Shown here: in pieces, positions 1-9,445 of the stretch
Position numbering within the stretch: the first letter of the stretch is position 1
Layout of the letters: each line of letters begins with the position of its first letter
From: a virus
Taxonomy: Duplodnaviria; Caudoviricetes
IMG/VR virus record: IMGVR_UViG_3300031813_000004
Coordinates: 64,001-128,000 of that record
DNA length: 64,000 nucleotides
Strand: one strand, 5' to 3'
Position numbers and translations under genes: made by a program
Notes under the pieces: model-generated
The model's database searches: none
What the model saw: only the letters and a program-made list of their open reading frames with translations
Told to the model about the DNA's origin: nothing

Positions 1-101
1 TATGATGGTGAATATTCTGATGTATTGAAAGTAGGTGCTTTTATAGAATTAAAGAAATCTATACAAGAAATATCAGAAAAGTATAGAATTGGAGAATTTT
101 T

Positions 102-578
102 ATGAATGATATTAAGATTAAAAATAAAACAATAGTTATAGATTCAGAATATAAGTCAGAAAATCTTTATAAAGAAATTAAGGTATCTTTAGATAATAGT
201 ATAGTAAAAAAAATTAATTTTGATGATAAATATATATTAGAATATATGGAAAAATTATGGGGAGTTAATAGTAATTTATTAGAGGCTAAAATAAATTTAA
301 GTGATAATAAAGTTAATATAGATTTTAGTAACGGCTTTGTTTATACTAAACCTAGTAATAAAGATAAATTAAAAAAATTATCATCAAAAGATTATATTGA
401 TTTAACATTAAATTTTCTATCAGAATTAGTTAAATTTACTGAACAAGGCATAGATGTATTTAATGAAGTATTTAAAGCTGAATTGGAAGAAAAGTTAAAT
501 GAATCAATGATAAAATTTAAAATTGGTGAAGGGAGGGAGCTAAATGAACAATCGACAAGTATTGGATGTATATTGTAA
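102..578 (+). CDS. hypothetical protein
   Basis: 158 aa ORF, GGAG RBS upstream, overlaps next gene. Confidence 0.7.
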   Translation: MNDIKIKNKTIVIDSEYKSENLYKEIKVSLDNSIVKKINFDDKYILEYMEKLWGVNSNLLEAKINLSDNKVNIDFSNGFVYTKPSNKDKLKKLSSKDYIDLTLNFLSELVKFTEQGIDVFNEVFKAELEEKLNESMIKFKIGEGRELNEQSTSIGCIL

Positions 579-894
579 AGAAAGGGAATATCAGAATACA
601 GTTTTTGGAGCTAATAAAAGTTTTAATGTTGCATCATTTTTGCAATTTTTAGAGATTTATTTAACTAAAGCTAAAAAAGGTTATGTTGAAAAATGGAGTA
701 GAGACTTACCAAATTGGTTAGAATCTTGTAAAGAATCAGATGAACAAAGTACAGCACCCATTGTTACATACGAACAACTAATAAAAATAATGGCTCTAGC
801 GGGCCAAGCATTAGAAAGATTTACAGAAATCAATGCAGAGGAATGGAGAAGTGATGGAATAAAAGACAAGTGGAGGGATGTTAATGAAAAGTAA
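544..894 (+). CDS. hypothetical protein (possibly MazG/dUTPase-like all-alpha fold)
   Basis: 116 aa, GGAG RBS; EREYQ and 'LIKIMALAGQALE' helices loosely recall MazG-like proteins. Confidence 0.55.
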   Translation: MNNRQVLDVYCKEREYQNTVFGANKSFNVASFLQFLEIYLTKAKKGYVEKWSRDLPNWLESCKESDEQSTAPIVTYEQLIKIMALAGQALERFTEINAEEWRSDGIKDKWRDVNEK

Positions 895-1027
895 AAAGAA
901 TGAAGGAAAGAAACCCTTGCCAAAAATTGGAACTAAATTTATGGTCAACGGCCAGGAATATGAAGTTAAATTTATTAATGAGGGTCAACATAGATTCTCA
1001 GCAGAGCCGTGTGAAGCTGCATATTAG
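884..1027 (+). CDS. small hypothetical protein (47 aa, not in ORF track)
   Basis: MKSKKNEGKKPLPKIGTKFMVNGQEYEVKF... read by hand, GGAGG RBS; fills the gap better than the track's 900 start. Confidence 0.55.
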   Translation: MKSKKNEGKKPLPKIGTKFMVNGQEYEVKFINEGQHRFSAEPCEAAY

Positions 1028-1031
1028 TAAA

Positions 1032-1220
1032 ATGTCTAAAAATATTTATACAAAATATTGTAGTTATAATCTTATCTTTTGCCATCAATGTATACATTTA
1101 TTTAGGGATGAACTAATTCATGTTAATTGGTGTAAAAATGAACATGAACCTTTTTCTACTAAATGTAAAAAGGATAGAAAAGAAACAGAAAATTATTTAC
1201 AATGGAAAAGGAGACAATAA
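1032..1220 (+). CDS. 4-Cys 'DEL' microprotein family, satellite copy (x5 subfamily)
   Basis: CHQC-IHLFR-DEL-IHVNW-C...C; start re-assigned to ATG 1032. Confidence 0.65.
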   Translation: MSKNIYTKYCSYNLIFCHQCIHLFRDELIHVNWCKNEHEPFSTKCKKDRKETENYLQWKRRQ

Positions 1221-1432
1221 TGTGTTCCAGCTATGGTCCTAGTGTAATGAGAAAAGAAACATTAATAGAAATTATTAACCATATGAAAAAAGAAACTGGA
1301 TCATATTATAGAGTTGATAAAACATTTTCGATTTCTGATTTAAAAGTTATTGCCTCGAATACAAAGAAATCAAAATTATATAATATGACATGGAGAGAAA
1401 TCTCTGATGAAATGAAAAAAACTAAACTCTAA
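1202..1432 (+). CDS. hypothetical protein
   Basis: ORF; probable start ATG 1220 after AGGAG. Confidence 0.55.
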   Translation: MEKETIMCSSYGPSVMRKETLIEIINHMKKETGSYYRVDKTFSISDLKVIASNTKKSKLYNMTWREISDEMKKTKL

Positions 1433-1443
1433 AGGAGAAAATT

Positions 1444-1728
1444 ATGTTTAAAAGTTGGTTTAAGAAAAAAGATGAAAATGATCAAACAATTGAATTAGGG
1501 CAAGAATGTGTAGATTCTATCACAGGTTTTAAAGGAATTGCAACTGGAGAATGTAAATATATCAGTGGTTGTGACCAAATACTTTTATCACCAAGAGTTG
1601 GTGATGACGGAGTTTTTAAAGAAGCACATTGGTTTGATAGACAAAGAATATTTGGTGTTAGTAATGAAGTTATTAAACTTGATAATAGTGAAACTCCGGG
1701 TTTTGATACGCCTGCTCCTAAACGATAA
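1444..1728 (+). CDS. conserved phage hypothetical protein (SH3-like barrel)
   Basis: LG..VDSITGFKGIATG...ISGCDQ..L.P...HWFD pattern recurrent in phages; AGGAG RBS. Confidence 0.65.
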   Translation: MFKSWFKKKDENDQTIELGQECVDSITGFKGIATGECKYISGCDQILLSPRVGDDGVFKEAHWFDRQRIFGVSNEVIKLDNSETPGFDTPAPKR

Positions 1729-1758
1729 CAATTAACCTCAACCAAAAAGGAGAAGAAA

Positions 1759-2532
1759 ATGACTGAGAATCTTGCTGAAATGATTAAGAACATGGAAAAT
1801 ACAACAACTATCGAAGAACAGAACCATGTTAGCGAAGCAGTGAATACTGAAAATGAAACACAACCAGAAGAAAATAATGATACTACATCAACTCCAACAG
1901 TTTCACTTAAAATAGCGACTAAACCTTTTATTGATTGGTTTGAAGATAACAGGCAAACCATTACAAATGTGTCATTTACAAGGTTGACTTTACGAGGTAT
2001 TAATAGTAGAGATGTTATGGCATTTACAGTACCCATTGATTCAAATGAAGAAGTAAGAGATTTATTTGTATTTAAAGATGCATCGACTAGAAATATTATT
2101 AATCTTCCTGCTGAAAGAATGAATGTATTTTTTCATGATATTATCAAGATTGTATATAAAGCTCCTGAAACATTTGGGAATATTTATATTAAATCATACG
2201 TAGCTAAACCTGGTCTTATTAATGTTTTCTGTTTTGAATATAATAATGGCGAAGAAAGTCTGTTAATTCCTTATGCAAAAAATAAATCTAAAAAGACTGA
2301 TACAGAAATTGAAGTAATTCTTCCTGATGTTGATAAACTTATTGGGAAACTATCATTACCCGCAGCAACTGAAGATGCTCAAGTTTTGTATAAACAAATT
2401 CAGAAATATGTTTCAACTCTTACAACAAATTTAGATCTTCTAAAATGGTTTATTGGTAGAGAAGTTGGGGTTATTGATATTAATCATCTTCTTGTTATAG
2501 ATGATACGTTGATTCATATTTTCAATCAGTAA
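1759..2532 (+). CDS. hypothetical protein with acidic disordered N-terminus
   Basis: 257 aa, AGGAG RBS. Confidence 0.75.
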   Translation: MTENLAEMIKNMENTTTIEEQNHVSEAVNTENETQPEENNDTTSTPTVSLKIATKPFIDWFEDNRQTITNVSFTRLTLRGINSRDVMAFTVPIDSNEEVRDLFVFKDASTRNIINLPAERMNVFFHDIIKIVYKAPETFGNIYIKSYVAKPGLINVFCFEYNNGEESLLIPYAKNKSKKTDTEIEVILPDVDKLIGKLSLPAATEDAQVLYKQIQKYVSTLTTNLDLLKWFIGREVGVIDINHLLVIDDTLIHIFNQ

Positions 2533-2542
2533 ATAACTAATG

Positions 2543-2578
2543 GATTGGGAGAGGTACCATTATATACCTCTCCCAATC
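2543..2578 (+). terminator. 14-bp GC-rich stem-loop (terminator or processing hairpin)
   Basis: gattgggagaggta / tacctctcccaatc perfect inverted repeat just after a stop; weak U-tract. Confidence 0.55.
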
Positions 2579-2593
2579 TTAAGGGGGAATAGT

Positions 2594-2671
2594 ATGAGTA
2601 TAACTATATTATGGATATTGGTTATTATAGTTTGTATTGTGTGGGTACTATTAAACATATATGGAGAATAA
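2594..2671 (+). CDS. single-TM micropeptide (25 aa)
   Basis: MSITILWILVIIVCIVWVLLNIYGE, AAGGGGG RBS. Confidence 0.5.
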   Translation: MSITILWILVIIVCIVWVLLNIYGE

Positions 2672-2746
2672 ATGGAACAGATTTTCTTTTGGTTATTTGT
2701 AGCTTTATTCATTTCAATTTTAGTAGTAATTGGATTTGATGAATAA
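2672..2746 (+). CDS. single-TM micropeptide (24 aa)
   Basis: MEQIFFWLFVALFISILVVIGFDE, GGAG RBS, TAA-ATG coupling. Confidence 0.5.
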   Translation: MEQIFFWLFVALFISILVVIGFDE

Positions 2747-2759
2747 CGGAGGTTAAAAA

Positions 2760-2822
2760 ATGGATACTGATATGGTTATTATTATAATTTTAGTTATAAT
2801 ATTTCTAAACATTGATTATTAA
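2760..2822 (+). CDS. single-TM micropeptide (20 aa)
   Basis: MDTDMVIIIILVIIFLNIDY, GGAGG RBS. Confidence 0.45.
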   Translation: MDTDMVIIIILVIIFLNIDY

Positions 2823-2825
2823 ATT

Positions 2826-3548
2826 ATGGAAATTAATAAATATTGTAAATTGTTTTTAAATCAAGTATACTCATATGATATCTCGCATTGTCATTATTCC
2901 ATTTTAAAAAATTTAGGATTTAATTTATCTAATATAAATGAAAGTAATAAAGAAGAAAGAAATAAACAAATTGGTATAATGATGAGGGATAATTCAAAAA
3001 TAACAAGTGTATTGAGAGATATAACTAATTCAATAATTAATAACTATATAACATTAAATGAAATTTCAGATGATGATTTGATTATTAGGCAATACGATGG
3101 TTTTATTACTAAAAAATTTTTAAAGAAAACAGATTTATATTTACCATTAGAACTGCGAAATATATTTGAAGTTTTTATCTCTTCAATTGAAAGGAATAAA
3201 TTTATAGCAAAAGATAAAAATGAATATTCTATTAAGGGTATATCACATAAATATGAAGAAATGAATAATATTTATAAGAAAATTTTAAATATAAATTACA
3301 TGGATAAAGTTTCTATATTTAAAAGTTTACAAAGAATAAAAGAAGAAATTTTAGAATCAGATAATGTTTTGTTATTTTGTATACCAACTGAAGATGAAAA
3401 ATATAATGTTTTTTTAAAAGATCTTGGTGAGATAGAAATATCACATACCACAGCAAACATTTTAAACATGGACGATATTGATAAATTGAAATATTTTAAC
3501 TATTACATTAGACCATTCACTGAAAGTATAGTACTGGAGTTTGTATGA
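2826..3548 (+). CDS. divergent DNA-polymerase palm-like protein
   Basis: motif A-like YSYDIS and motif C-like RQYDGF in a 240 aa protein. Confidence 0.4.
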   Translation: MEINKYCKLFLNQVYSYDISHCHYSILKNLGFNLSNINESNKEERNKQIGIMMRDNSKITSVLRDITNSIINNYITLNEISDDDLIIRQYDGFITKKFLKKTDLYLPLELRNIFEVFISSIERNKFIAKDKNEYSIKGISHKYEEMNNIYKKILNINYMDKVSIFKSLQRIKEEILESDNVLLFCIPTEDEKYNVFLKDLGEIEISHTTANILNMDDIDKLKYFNYYIRPFTESIVLEFV

Positions 3549-3829
3549 AAAGACATTTAGAAATATTAGCTAAAAAATATAATTTAGATTCTGTAAAAAT
3601 TAAAGAAGAAGTTATTGTAACTTTCAATGGAGATCTTGATCATATAGAAAAGTTTAAAAAAGAATTAGAACAAGAAGAAATTAATATGAATAAATCTATA
3701 AGAGAACAAAACCAAAAATTTAAAGTTAGATTTGTAACATCTGTGAATTCTGAATTTATAGAAATTGAAAAGGAGAATAAAGATGTCGGAAGAGATGACG
3801 AACCAAGAAGAATCGACACAACAGTCTAA
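3545..3829 (+). CDS. hypothetical protein
   Basis: 94 aa, GGAG RBS, ATGA overlap. Confidence 0.55.
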   Translation: MKRHLEILAKKYNLDSVKIKEEVIVTFNGDLDHIEKFKKELEQEEINMNKSIREQNQKFKVRFVTSVNSEFIEIEKENKDVGRDDEPRRIDTTV

Positions 3830-4820
3830 TATATCTAGAGTAGAAGAAATAATTAATTCTTTACAAAATGAAGCACAAATTTTAACTGAAGCTCCAGAAG
3901 AATCTAAAAGACCTAAAAAATTTAATGAAACGTATCTTGAAATGGGTCTAACATTAATTAGACCTGGTGTTTATACATACTCAGATATGTTTGGACAAGT
4001 TTTTTATAAAGAAACTAAAACAATTGATAATGATGAAATTCCATATTTAGGAATGTATACTAGAAGATTACCTAGACTGGAAGAAGAATCTGGAGAGCCA
4101 AAATATATTTGTATAGTTTCAAATAGTTATCAATTTACTGGAAACCAAGTTTTAAATGATAAAATAAGAGAAATGGTTTCTGAAATTAGAACTCCAATTT
4201 TTAGAGAAAATACTTTAATTTCATCATCATTAGACTCAATGTATCATGAAATGATAATTCAGAATTCTACTAATATTCCTCAAGTTGGAGATGTATATCC
4301 AGAAGTAATTATTACAAATAGTTATAATGGTAAAAGAGCTATAACTATATCATTTGGATTTGTAATTTTAGATGGTCAACAAAATAAAACATTAGCATTT
4401 GGATTTAGAACTAAATTGAGTTCAATCAAGCAAGTCCATTTAACTTCTGCAAGGAGTAGTCTATCTGCTGCAGTTGGTAATTACGTAGATGTATTTTCAC
4501 AGAATGCATTAAGTTTAATTGAAACTAATTTTAATACAACAATTACTGATGAAGATTTATTGAAAGTAATGGATCTAGTAGAAAAAGCAGGAAAGAGAAA
4601 AAGAGCAGAATTATCAACTCATTTAGCAAATGTTACAACTGAAAATCAAGCATTATCATCATGGGCTCTTTTTAATGCAATTTGTAAATTTTCAACAATT
4701 GAAAAAAATATTAATACAAAACTTTTATTAGAAGATATTGCTGAGAGAGTATTAGTTATACCTGCTCAAATATCTGAAGCTCTTGTAGTGTTAAATGAAA
4801 GGAGCGAAAATAATGAATGA
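3783..4820 (+). CDS. DUF932-like protein
   Basis: PEVIITNSYNG..AITISFG and C-terminal 'SWALFNAI' resemble DUF932; ATG 3783 after AGGAG. Confidence 0.45.
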   Translation: MSEEMTNQEESTQQSNISRVEEIINSLQNEAQILTEAPEESKRPKKFNETYLEMGLTLIRPGVYTYSDMFGQVFYKETKTIDNDEIPYLGMYTRRLPRLEEESGEPKYICIVSNSYQFTGNQVLNDKIREMVSEIRTPIFRENTLISSSLDSMYHEMIIQNSTNIPQVGDVYPEVIITNSYNGKRAITISFGFVILDGQQNKTLAFGFRTKLSSIKQVHLTSARSSLSAAVGNYVDVFSQNALSLIETNFNTTITDEDLLKVMDLVEKAGKRKRAELSTHLANVTTENQALSSWALFNAICKFSTIEKNINTKLLLEDIAERVLVIPAQISEALVVLNERSENNE

Positions 4821-5052
4821 TGAAACTAGTGCTAGAATTAATGATTTAAAACATGAATTGGATATTATTACAAAAGAAAAGAATTTATATAAAGAACTAT
4901 TTGAATTAATATCTAATCATAGAAATGATTTTAAAACGCAATTACACATAGCTAGATTCAGGAATAAAATCTTAAAGAAAGATTTAGAAGAAATGACTTC
5001 TAAATATGTAGATGCTTATTCAAATTGTGTAAATATGGATAAAGGACGTTAA
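4813..5052 (+). CDS. coiled-coil hypothetical protein
   Basis: ORF with AGGAG RBS before ATG 4813. Confidence 0.55.
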   Translation: MNDETSARINDLKHELDIITKEKNLYKELFELISNHRNDFKTQLHIARFRNKILKKDLEEMTSKYVDAYSNCVNMDKGR

Positions 5053-5271
5053 ATGAAAAATAAACCAAGAACTTTTTAAGAATTTCCAGACCACGCCATA
5101 TGTCCTGTTTGTGGAACTAATGATAAAGGTGAATGTATACTTGCTTCAATTGATGGAACAGAAGATGAAGATAATAAAATATGTGAAGCATCACCTACAC
5201 ATTTATGGTGTGCAATATCTACCAATTTTAATAAAGATATTGGAGTAATGTATATAAAAGTTAAAGAATAA
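5053..5271 (+). pseudogene. small Zn-binding protein gene with in-frame TAA at codon 9
   Basis: MKNKPRTF*EFPDHAICPVCGTNDKGECIL...HLWC; frame stays open 63 codons past TAA 5077-5079; AGGA RBS. Confidence 0.55.
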
Positions 5272-5277
5272 AAAATT

Positions 5278-5306
5278 AAAAGAGATCTTAACTGGTCTCT
5301 TTTTTT
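5278..5306 (+). terminator. rho-independent terminator
   Basis: aaaagagatc-ttaact-ggtctctttt followed by T-run. Confidence 0.65.
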
Positions 5307-5322
5307 GCATAGATTATATTTT

Positions 5323-5338
5323 AGAACAAATAATAAAG
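5323..5338 (+). promoter_or_regulatory. putative late promoter motif (AGAACA-W-rich)
   Basis: AGAACAAATAATAAAG upstream of structural gene; recurs before every structural block. Confidence 0.55.
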
Positions 5339-5362
5339 ATTGCTTCAAAGGAGTTATATTTT

Positions 5363-6598
5363 ATGGCAGATTCTTCTTACCAACCAGCGACTTTTGATAG
5401 AGTACAATATACAATAAGTTTAAAAATTAAAGGTGTAGACTATTCCGCTGATGTAAATAATGTAAGAATCGTATCATCAATTACAACACCATATCAAATT
5501 ATAACTCTAGATTTATTTTCTAGCATTAATGATATTATATTAACTAAATTATTTGGAATAGATCCAATTAAATTATCAATAAAATTAAATAAACAACAAT
5601 CAACTGTAAGTGAACAAACTGATTTTGAATTAATGATGATTAATTCAAATTATAATATTCCTATTAGAAATAATATGACTCAGCAGTCTCAAAATGAAAG
5701 AACACCTTTTAGTATTATTACAATACCAAGACCATCATTTAAAACTATAACTACTCATGTAAATAATGTTTATATTAACCAAACTTTGAGACAAATAATT
5801 ACAGATCTAACTTCAACAACTGGAGCTTCTTTAACATATGATAGTGAAAGTGAAAATAAACAAGTTATAGACCAAGTTATTATTCCACCAACGACAGTAT
5901 ATAAAGCTATTAAATATTTAGATGAAAGATTCGGTTTATATACTGGACCTAATATTATATTTTGTGATTATTTAAATAATTTATACATTAAAAATATAGC
6001 TGCTAAAATTAATAAAAGTCAAACATTTACAATATATCAATTAGCTTTAGATGATTCTGATACATCAAAAACTATTGACTTATGTAATGATGGAAAGAAT
6101 TTCTATACATATTCAACAATACAAAATAAATATATAGGCAATCAAAAGTTTTCAGTTATATCAAAGAATACAAGATTTATTGCTAAACCTACTGATAGCT
6201 TATATCATGTTTTAGAAAATGATTTATCTGATATATGCCAAAATTATGGTATCATATCAAAAAATAAAAATATTGATTTTGACCCACAATTGAATAATAG
6301 AACTACATATGTAATAGATGATACTGGATATGGTACATCTAACACTCCAATTATAGCAGATATATCAAAAAAAATATCAAACTTATCAACAATAACTTTA
6401 GCTATTGAAAGAAATTTACCTATTATGAATTTAATGAATGTTGGAGAATCTATAAAATTAAATACTAAGACAGTTGAAAATTCAAATTTATCTGGAAAAT
6501 ATATTTTAAAATCAAGTGACATTATATTTCAAAGACAAAGTGGAAGCTGGCAAAATCTTTGTAATATCAATTTAATACGTACAAATCAATCAAGTTAA
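5363..6598 (+). CDS. putative baseplate hub (gpD/gp27-like) protein
   Basis: 411 aa; 'LRQIITDL...VIIPP..YKAIKYL' and C-terminal 'NVGESIKL...LSGKYILKS' architecture. Confidence 0.5.
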   Translation: MADSSYQPATFDRVQYTISLKIKGVDYSADVNNVRIVSSITTPYQIITLDLFSSINDIILTKLFGIDPIKLSIKLNKQQSTVSEQTDFELMMINSNYNIPIRNNMTQQSQNERTPFSIITIPRPSFKTITTHVNNVYINQTLRQIITDLTSTTGASLTYDSESENKQVIDQVIIPPTTVYKAIKYLDERFGLYTGPNIIFCDYLNNLYIKNIAAKINKSQTFTIYQLALDDSDTSKTIDLCNDGKNFYTYSTIQNKYIGNQKFSVISKNTRFIAKPTDSLYHVLENDLSDICQNYGIISKNKNIDFDPQLNNRTTYVIDDTGYGTSNTPIIADISKKISNLSTITLAIERNLPIMNLMNVGESIKLNTKTVENSNLSGKYILKSSDIIFQRQSGSWQNLCNINLIRTNQSS

Positions 6599-6614
6599 GC
6601 AAAAAAAATAAAAC

Positions 6615-6651
6615 CAAAAAATGTGTTACATAGAATAAATCTATGTAACTC
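6615..6651 (-). terminator. terminator of the short minus-strand unit
   Basis: gttacataga/tctatgtaac 10-bp stem (6625-6649) followed by T-run on minus strand. Confidence 0.55.
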
Positions 6652-6768
6652 AATTTATAAATAATTAAAATATTCATTATATTTTAAATCCTCCGTTTCT
6701 TTTAAATAATGCATGTCATTTACTCCCATTATAATCGTTAAATAAAACAGACAATTCCATTCTATTAG

Positions 6769-6803
6769 TAATTAATATATATAGTTTTTCAGAGAATCCT
6801 TAA
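6769..6803 (-). promoter_or_regulatory. bipartite early-type promoter, copy A
   Basis: rc = TTAAGGATTC-TCTGAAAAA-CTATATATATTAATTA. Confidence 0.7.
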
Positions 6804-6820
6804 AAATATTATTTTAGATT

Positions 6821-6836
6821 AGAACATATTATAAAG
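6821..6836 (+). promoter_or_regulatory. putative late promoter motif
   Basis: AGAACATATTATAAAG upstream of terminase. Confidence 0.55.
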
Positions 6837-6873
6837 AATCATCGAAAGGAGTTATGAATTTAAAAAATAAAAT

Positions 6874-8535
6874 ATGGCAGTTAAAAAATTAAAACTTAAG
6901 ACTAAGGCTCAATATGTACAAGAATATTTAAAATGTAAAAATTCTTTTAATTATTTTTGCTCAAATTATATTTATCTAGAGTTACCCGGTGGAGATAAAT
7001 ATATTACGTTGTACAAACCACAATCTGAATTAATAGAAACTATAAATAAACATAAACATGTATTAGTTTTAAAGTCTAGGCAAATAGGAATATCAACTGT
7101 AATTCAAGCATATGGTGTTTGGTTACAAGTATTTTATAAAAACGTTGTTATTGGTGTTTTGTCTAAAGATGGTCCAGAAGCAACAAGTTTTGTTAGATAT
7201 ATGAGAGGAATGCTTGATAAATTACCAACATGGTTGAAGCCTGGATATGAAAAAGAATCAGAACAATCTTATATCTTAAAAAATGGGTGTAAAACATTTG
7301 CTTCAACTATAAATCCATCTAAACCTGAAAATACACTTCGTGGTAAAGCTATAACATTTTTAATTGTAGACGAAGGTGCATTTATTAAATACATGGATGA
7401 GGCTTGGACAGGAATGATTCCAGCATTAGCAACAAATCAGAGACAGGCTAAAGCTGCTGGTGTTCCTTATGGAACTGTAATTTTATCAACTCCAAATAAA
7501 ATGATTGGAACTGGTAAATGGTTTTATGAAAGATATTGTTCTGCTGAATCTGGAACTGATATATTTGTTTCTCGTGTAATACATTGGAAAATGATTAAAG
7601 AATTAGCAGATGATCCAGAATGGTATGAAACACAAAGACGATTAGCAGGAAATGATGAAAAGAAAATTATGCAAGAACTTGACCTAAAATTCTTAGCAGG
7701 TTCAGGTTCATTCTTTGGTGAAAAAACAATTATTGCATTACAAGATATTAAAGATGAACCAATTGAAAAATCTAAGATATTTGGTGGGGAAATATGGGTA
7801 TTTCAAAAACCAATACAAGGTAAATTTTATTTAATTGGAGTTGACACTGCGTCTGAATATGGTAGTGACTTTTCTGCTATAACTGTTTGGGACTATGAAA
7901 CATTAGAACAAGTATGGGAATATCATACAAAATGTAAAGTTCAAGATTTTTCTAAAATTGTTAAATTAGCGTGTTGTCAATATCCTGGTTGTTGTGTTGT
8001 TGAAACTTCTTGTGGTTATGGAAATAACGTAGCTGAAGAAGTTGATAATAGTGAATTTATGTTAATGTTATATAAAGAAAAACAAAAGGGAGTTTCTAAC
8101 CCTAATATATCATTTACAAAAAATGGTGGAAATAATGGTATGAGAAGAGGTCTTAGTAATAATAGTAAAACAAGACCTTTAATGATTGATTCATTATATT
8201 CTTATATTACTGAATTTCCGGAGATAGTTAAATCAAGAAGATTAGCATTAGAATTAATAGGTTTAACTGAAAAAAGTGGTAGAGTTGAAGCAGACGTTGG
8301 TAGTAAAGACGACTTAGCTTTAGCTACTGCTTGTGCTTTTTATGTTAGAAAATGGGACCCACCAATGGTTATAGATCATTCATTAGAATATCAAAGTACA
8401 TTCTCAGATATTTTAAATATGAATGAAGAAAATGATACAACAAGAGATAATACACAATTATTAAAAGATATAAAAGAGCATCTAGATGAAAATCAAGGTT
8501 ATGTTGATATCTTAGGGATGTACTCGCGGGAGTAA
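6874..8535 (+). CDS. terL: terminase large subunit (T4 gp17-like)
   Basis: Walker A KSRQIGIST, Walker B LIVDEGAF, coupling motif STPN, nuclease IGVDTA and KDDLALA. Confidence 0.95.
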   Translation: MAVKKLKLKTKAQYVQEYLKCKNSFNYFCSNYIYLELPGGDKYITLYKPQSELIETINKHKHVLVLKSRQIGISTVIQAYGVWLQVFYKNVVIGVLSKDGPEATSFVRYMRGMLDKLPTWLKPGYEKESEQSYILKNGCKTFASTINPSKPENTLRGKAITFLIVDEGAFIKYMDEAWTGMIPALATNQRQAKAAGVPYGTVILSTPNKMIGTGKWFYERYCSAESGTDIFVSRVIHWKMIKELADDPEWYETQRRLAGNDEKKIMQELDLKFLAGSGSFFGEKTIIALQDIKDEPIEKSKIFGGEIWVFQKPIQGKFYLIGVDTASEYGSDFSAITVWDYETLEQVWEYHTKCKVQDFSKIVKLACCQYPGCCVVETSCGYGNNVAEEVDNSEFMLMLYKEKQKGVSNPNISFTKNGGNNGMRRGLSNNSKTRPLMIDSLYSYITEFPEIVKSRRLALELIGLTEKSGRVEADVGSKDDLALATACAFYVRKWDPPMVIDHSLEYQSTFSDILNMNEENDTTRDNTQLLKDIKEHLDENQGYVDILGMYSRE

Positions 8536-8537
8536 AT

Positions 8538-9443
8538 ATGGAAAATATAAACGAATTAGCATTAGATTTTAGTCTTAAAAAAGTCTATACTATAGACGGG
8601 CATCCATTATATACTTCAAATAAGATGGAAAAAAGATTTTTACAAATATTAAAAAATACTCCAAAGGCTAGATCTAATTTTAATAACTATATTAAATTAA
8701 TTAATTTAAATAAACTAGTTCCATGTTATTATACTAAAGTATTTTTAAGAGTATTTGAATTAGAACTTAAAAATTTACCAGAAGAAGCAAGAAAAATATT
8801 TGGTTTATATTCTTCTTCTAATAAAAAAGCATTTATTTTATTAGATCAAAATTTAAATCCTAATAAAAATATGCCTTTTATTATTGATACTATAAATCAT
8901 GAATTAGTTCATATGTTTGCTAATGAACATTCAAAAGAATTTATGGATTTATTTAGTATTCAATTAGTAAAATTTTATTCAACTTTATTTACTAAAATTT
9001 TTAAATTAAAAGATGTTCCTGATGATAAAGTTAAAGAAGTAGTCGAATTATTTTTTGATATGTTTGAAATTGAAGGGTATATTAATTTTAGGCATGTTTA
9101 TGATTTTATGTATGAAAATTTTTATAAATATTGCATAGAGATTAAAAAAGATGATAATAATGAAACAAATTTTTTATCAGAAATATTAAATAGATATTTA
9201 ACAGTTATTTATATTATGGCTAAACATGGTTTTAGTGAAGTTAGACGTGCAAGAGATAAATTTAAAGATATATTAGATCCTATAGCTGAAACATATAAAG
9301 AAGTATTTAAAATGTCATCAAATAGTTTTTATATTCAAGAATTAATAGTACCATCAGAAGTTATTTGTATATATTCAGAAAGACCAAAATCTTTAGTTAT
9401 TGATAAAATGATAAATAGATTGGTCAATTCAAGGAAATTATAA
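8538..9443 (+). CDS. putative zincin metallopeptidase-like protein
   Basis: HELVH (HExxH) plus downstream QEL..PSE. Confidence 0.5.
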   Translation: MENINELALDFSLKKVYTIDGHPLYTSNKMEKRFLQILKNTPKARSNFNNYIKLINLNKLVPCYYTKVFLRVFELELKNLPEEARKIFGLYSSSNKKAFILLDQNLNPNKNMPFIIDTINHELVHMFANEHSKEFMDLFSIQLVKFYSTLFTKIFKLKDVPDDKVKEVVELFFDMFEIEGYINFRHVYDFMYENFYKYCIEIKKDDNNETNFLSEILNRYLTVIYIMAKHGFSEVRRARDKFKDILDPIAETYKEVFKMSSNSFYIQELIVPSEVICIYSERPKSLVIDKMINRLVNSRKL

Positions 9444-9445
9444 AA

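Noticed and set aside
5076-5348. Minus-strand 90-aa ORF
   Set aside because: Antisense to the interrupted + strand gene and crosses a terminator and promoter motif
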